DNA of 37,225 bases from Perkinsus olseni (Eukaryota), in NCBI GenBank assembly GCA_013115125.1, contig JABANN010000343.1, positions 1-37,225 of the forward strand, read 5' to 3'. Under the pieces are notes generated by a model. The model was not told where the DNA came from, ran no database searches, and saw only the letters and a list, made by a program, of their open reading frames with translations. The translations under genes were made by a program, and so were the position numbers. Numbering within the stretch: the first letter of the stretch is position 1; every line of letters begins with the position of its first letter. This document shows positions 35,909-37,225 of this stretch, one piece after another.

Positions 35909-37117
35909 TCAAGGCTTCGAAGATCTCTCTCCTTTATCTTTCTCGGTGCCGTGGTCCTTCAGTGATGCCGCCTCCAGTTCCTCGTTGGCCTTGGCGACAC
36001 GGTTAAAGTAGGGGATGAGGGCCAAGCATGCGATCGCTCCGATAAAACATAGTCCGATGAGGACCAGATAGAAATACTCGTAGTGGGCCCCCTTGTGGGA
36101 TACAACGGTGGGCTTCTCGGGGTCAAAATTGGGCAACCACGGAGCACACAACTGGAAAATTACCCCAGCCAACGCGTACCCGACAGCAAAGAACAACAGA
36201 TTCACCGCGGATGCGACTGCCTTCAGTGAGCTCGGGGAAAAAGTGAAGGCAATTTCGTACGACGTTGAAATAAGGAAGATCTCGCCGGCTGCTACGATCC
36301 AGAATTGAGGCACTTGCCACCAGATCGATACGGTGAAGAGCGGCCTGGACTTGATCTGTAGCTCCACTATGGCAGCGCACACCAACGAAAGGACACCCAG
36401 GACACTTCCAATAAAGGACCTTACAAGGACGGACAGAACTATACCACGCCTCTTGAGAAGCGGATAGAGGACTGAGCTGACTAGTAGTGAGTTGATAACG
36501 ACAGCTATTGGATCGACATTCTGCATGAGGGCCGCCGGGATTTGCCAGTTGAATAGCCGCCTATCCATTTTCTGGGCTTGAGTGAGGTAGGAGGTACTAA
36601 GGTTGACGTAGGCAATAACGAAGGGGATAATGAGAGAGAACAGCGGGACCAGGCGAAGGAGAGCTTTGACGTCCTCGATGAAGCCGTCCTCGAAGCGACC
36701 CCCTAGGGATTTTTTATTCTTTTCCAGGGAGCACTTCCTGACGGCATAAACCATCACTTGCAGAATTTTGAGGACCGCGGAACCCTGAGGTTTGGGCTTA
36801 ACAAATCGGCCGAGAAGACCACCGAGTACAAACACAGCTGTTGCCACGACGAAGGCAGCTAAGGGTATGGCGAAAGCAACAGTGAAGTTTGTCTCTTGAA
36901 GTGCGATCGGAGTGGCGATACCACCAATCAGGGAGCCGATGTTGATGGCAGCATAAAAGTAGGTATAATATTGAGTAATATCAGCCTTGTGATGTTCGGG
37001 ATGGAATTGGTGTGCACCCATGACGTTCACGCAACTTTTGATACCACCTCCACCGATAGTGATGAGAACGAGCACAGACAAATGAACCATGTTGCTCCTG
37101 GTCGCTCTCATAGTCAA
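35909..37117 (-). CDS. POT/PTR2 (SLC15-type) proton-dependent oligopeptide transporter, N-terminal part absent from the window
   Basis: Motifs GGGGIKSCV..GAHQF, YFYAAINIGSLIG, KPQGS, QA.KMD, WQVPQFWIVAAGEIF and EIAFTFSPSSLKA; multiple TM helices. The ExxER motif is missing, so upstream exons are outside the window or the gene is 5'-truncated. Confidence 0.9.
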   Translation of the reverse strand: MTMRATRSNMVHLSVLVLITIGGGGIKSCVNVMGAHQFHPEHHKADITQYYTYFYAAINIGSLIGGIATPIALQETNFTVAFAIPLAAFVVATAVFVLGGLLGRFVKPKPQGSAVLKILQVMVYAVRKCSLEKNKKSLGGRFEDGFIEDVKALLRLVPLFSLIIPFVIAYVNLSTSYLTQAQKMDRRLFNWQIPAALMQNVDPIAVVINSLLVSSVLYPLLKRRGIVLSVLVRSFIGSVLGVLSLVCAAIVELQIKSRPLFTVSIWWQVPQFWIVAAGEIFLISTSYEIAFTFSPSSLKAVASAVNLLFFAVGYALAGVIFQLCAPWLPNFDPEKPTVVSHKGAHYEYFYLVLIGLCFIGAIACLALIPYFNRVAKANEELEAASLKDHGTEKDKGERSSKP

Positions 37118-37225
37118 CCCAACACCTTGGTGATGTAGCTTGTGGTAGTGAGAATAACAAAGGGATCAACAAAAGTATTGCACCAATCTATCTTGTACTT
37201 GCGTGCTACAGCTAATGTAGAATGC

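Noticed and set aside
1-37225. Spliced-leader RNA, snRNA or rRNA genes
   Set aside because: No match to the dinoflagellate/perkinsid SL core (CCGTAGCCAT..TGGCTCAAG) or other RNA signatures was seen on a by-eye scan.

Overview
Eukaryotic, gene-dense DNA with short (~45-50 nt) GT-AG introns. It most resembles a Perkinsus-like alveolate (inference from gene structure and content, not a database hit). The left end has a tRNA cluster: Leu-CAA, initiator Met and Gly-TCC. The 5' end of the Gly gene is replaced by the terminus of a ~4 kb Dada-like (tRNA-targeting DDE) DNA transposon. Its ~1080-codon transposase carries one in-frame TAG and a probable C-terminal frameshift. The element is bracketed by two diverged ~350 bp direct repeats, and its inner junction is a mosaic of tRNA-like scraps. 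Next comes a long multi-exon minus-strand CCDC180/FAP76-like gene that appears to host an antisense tRNA-Tyr (8-nt intron) and a 44-bp satellite. A tRNA-Gln-like gene with a corrupted anticodon arm lies 33 nt upstream of that gene's start. Further right are an intronless double-domain Methyltransf_22-like gene, unidentified multi-exon genes, an RCC1-repeat gene and an ~810 bp segment bounded by ~120 bp degenerate inverted repeats. The window ends with an LRRC23-like gene, a small XTBD-like (XRN2-binding) gene and a POT/PTR2 peptide transporter. All protein family calls come from motif recognition by eye, and multi-exon boundaries are approximate.
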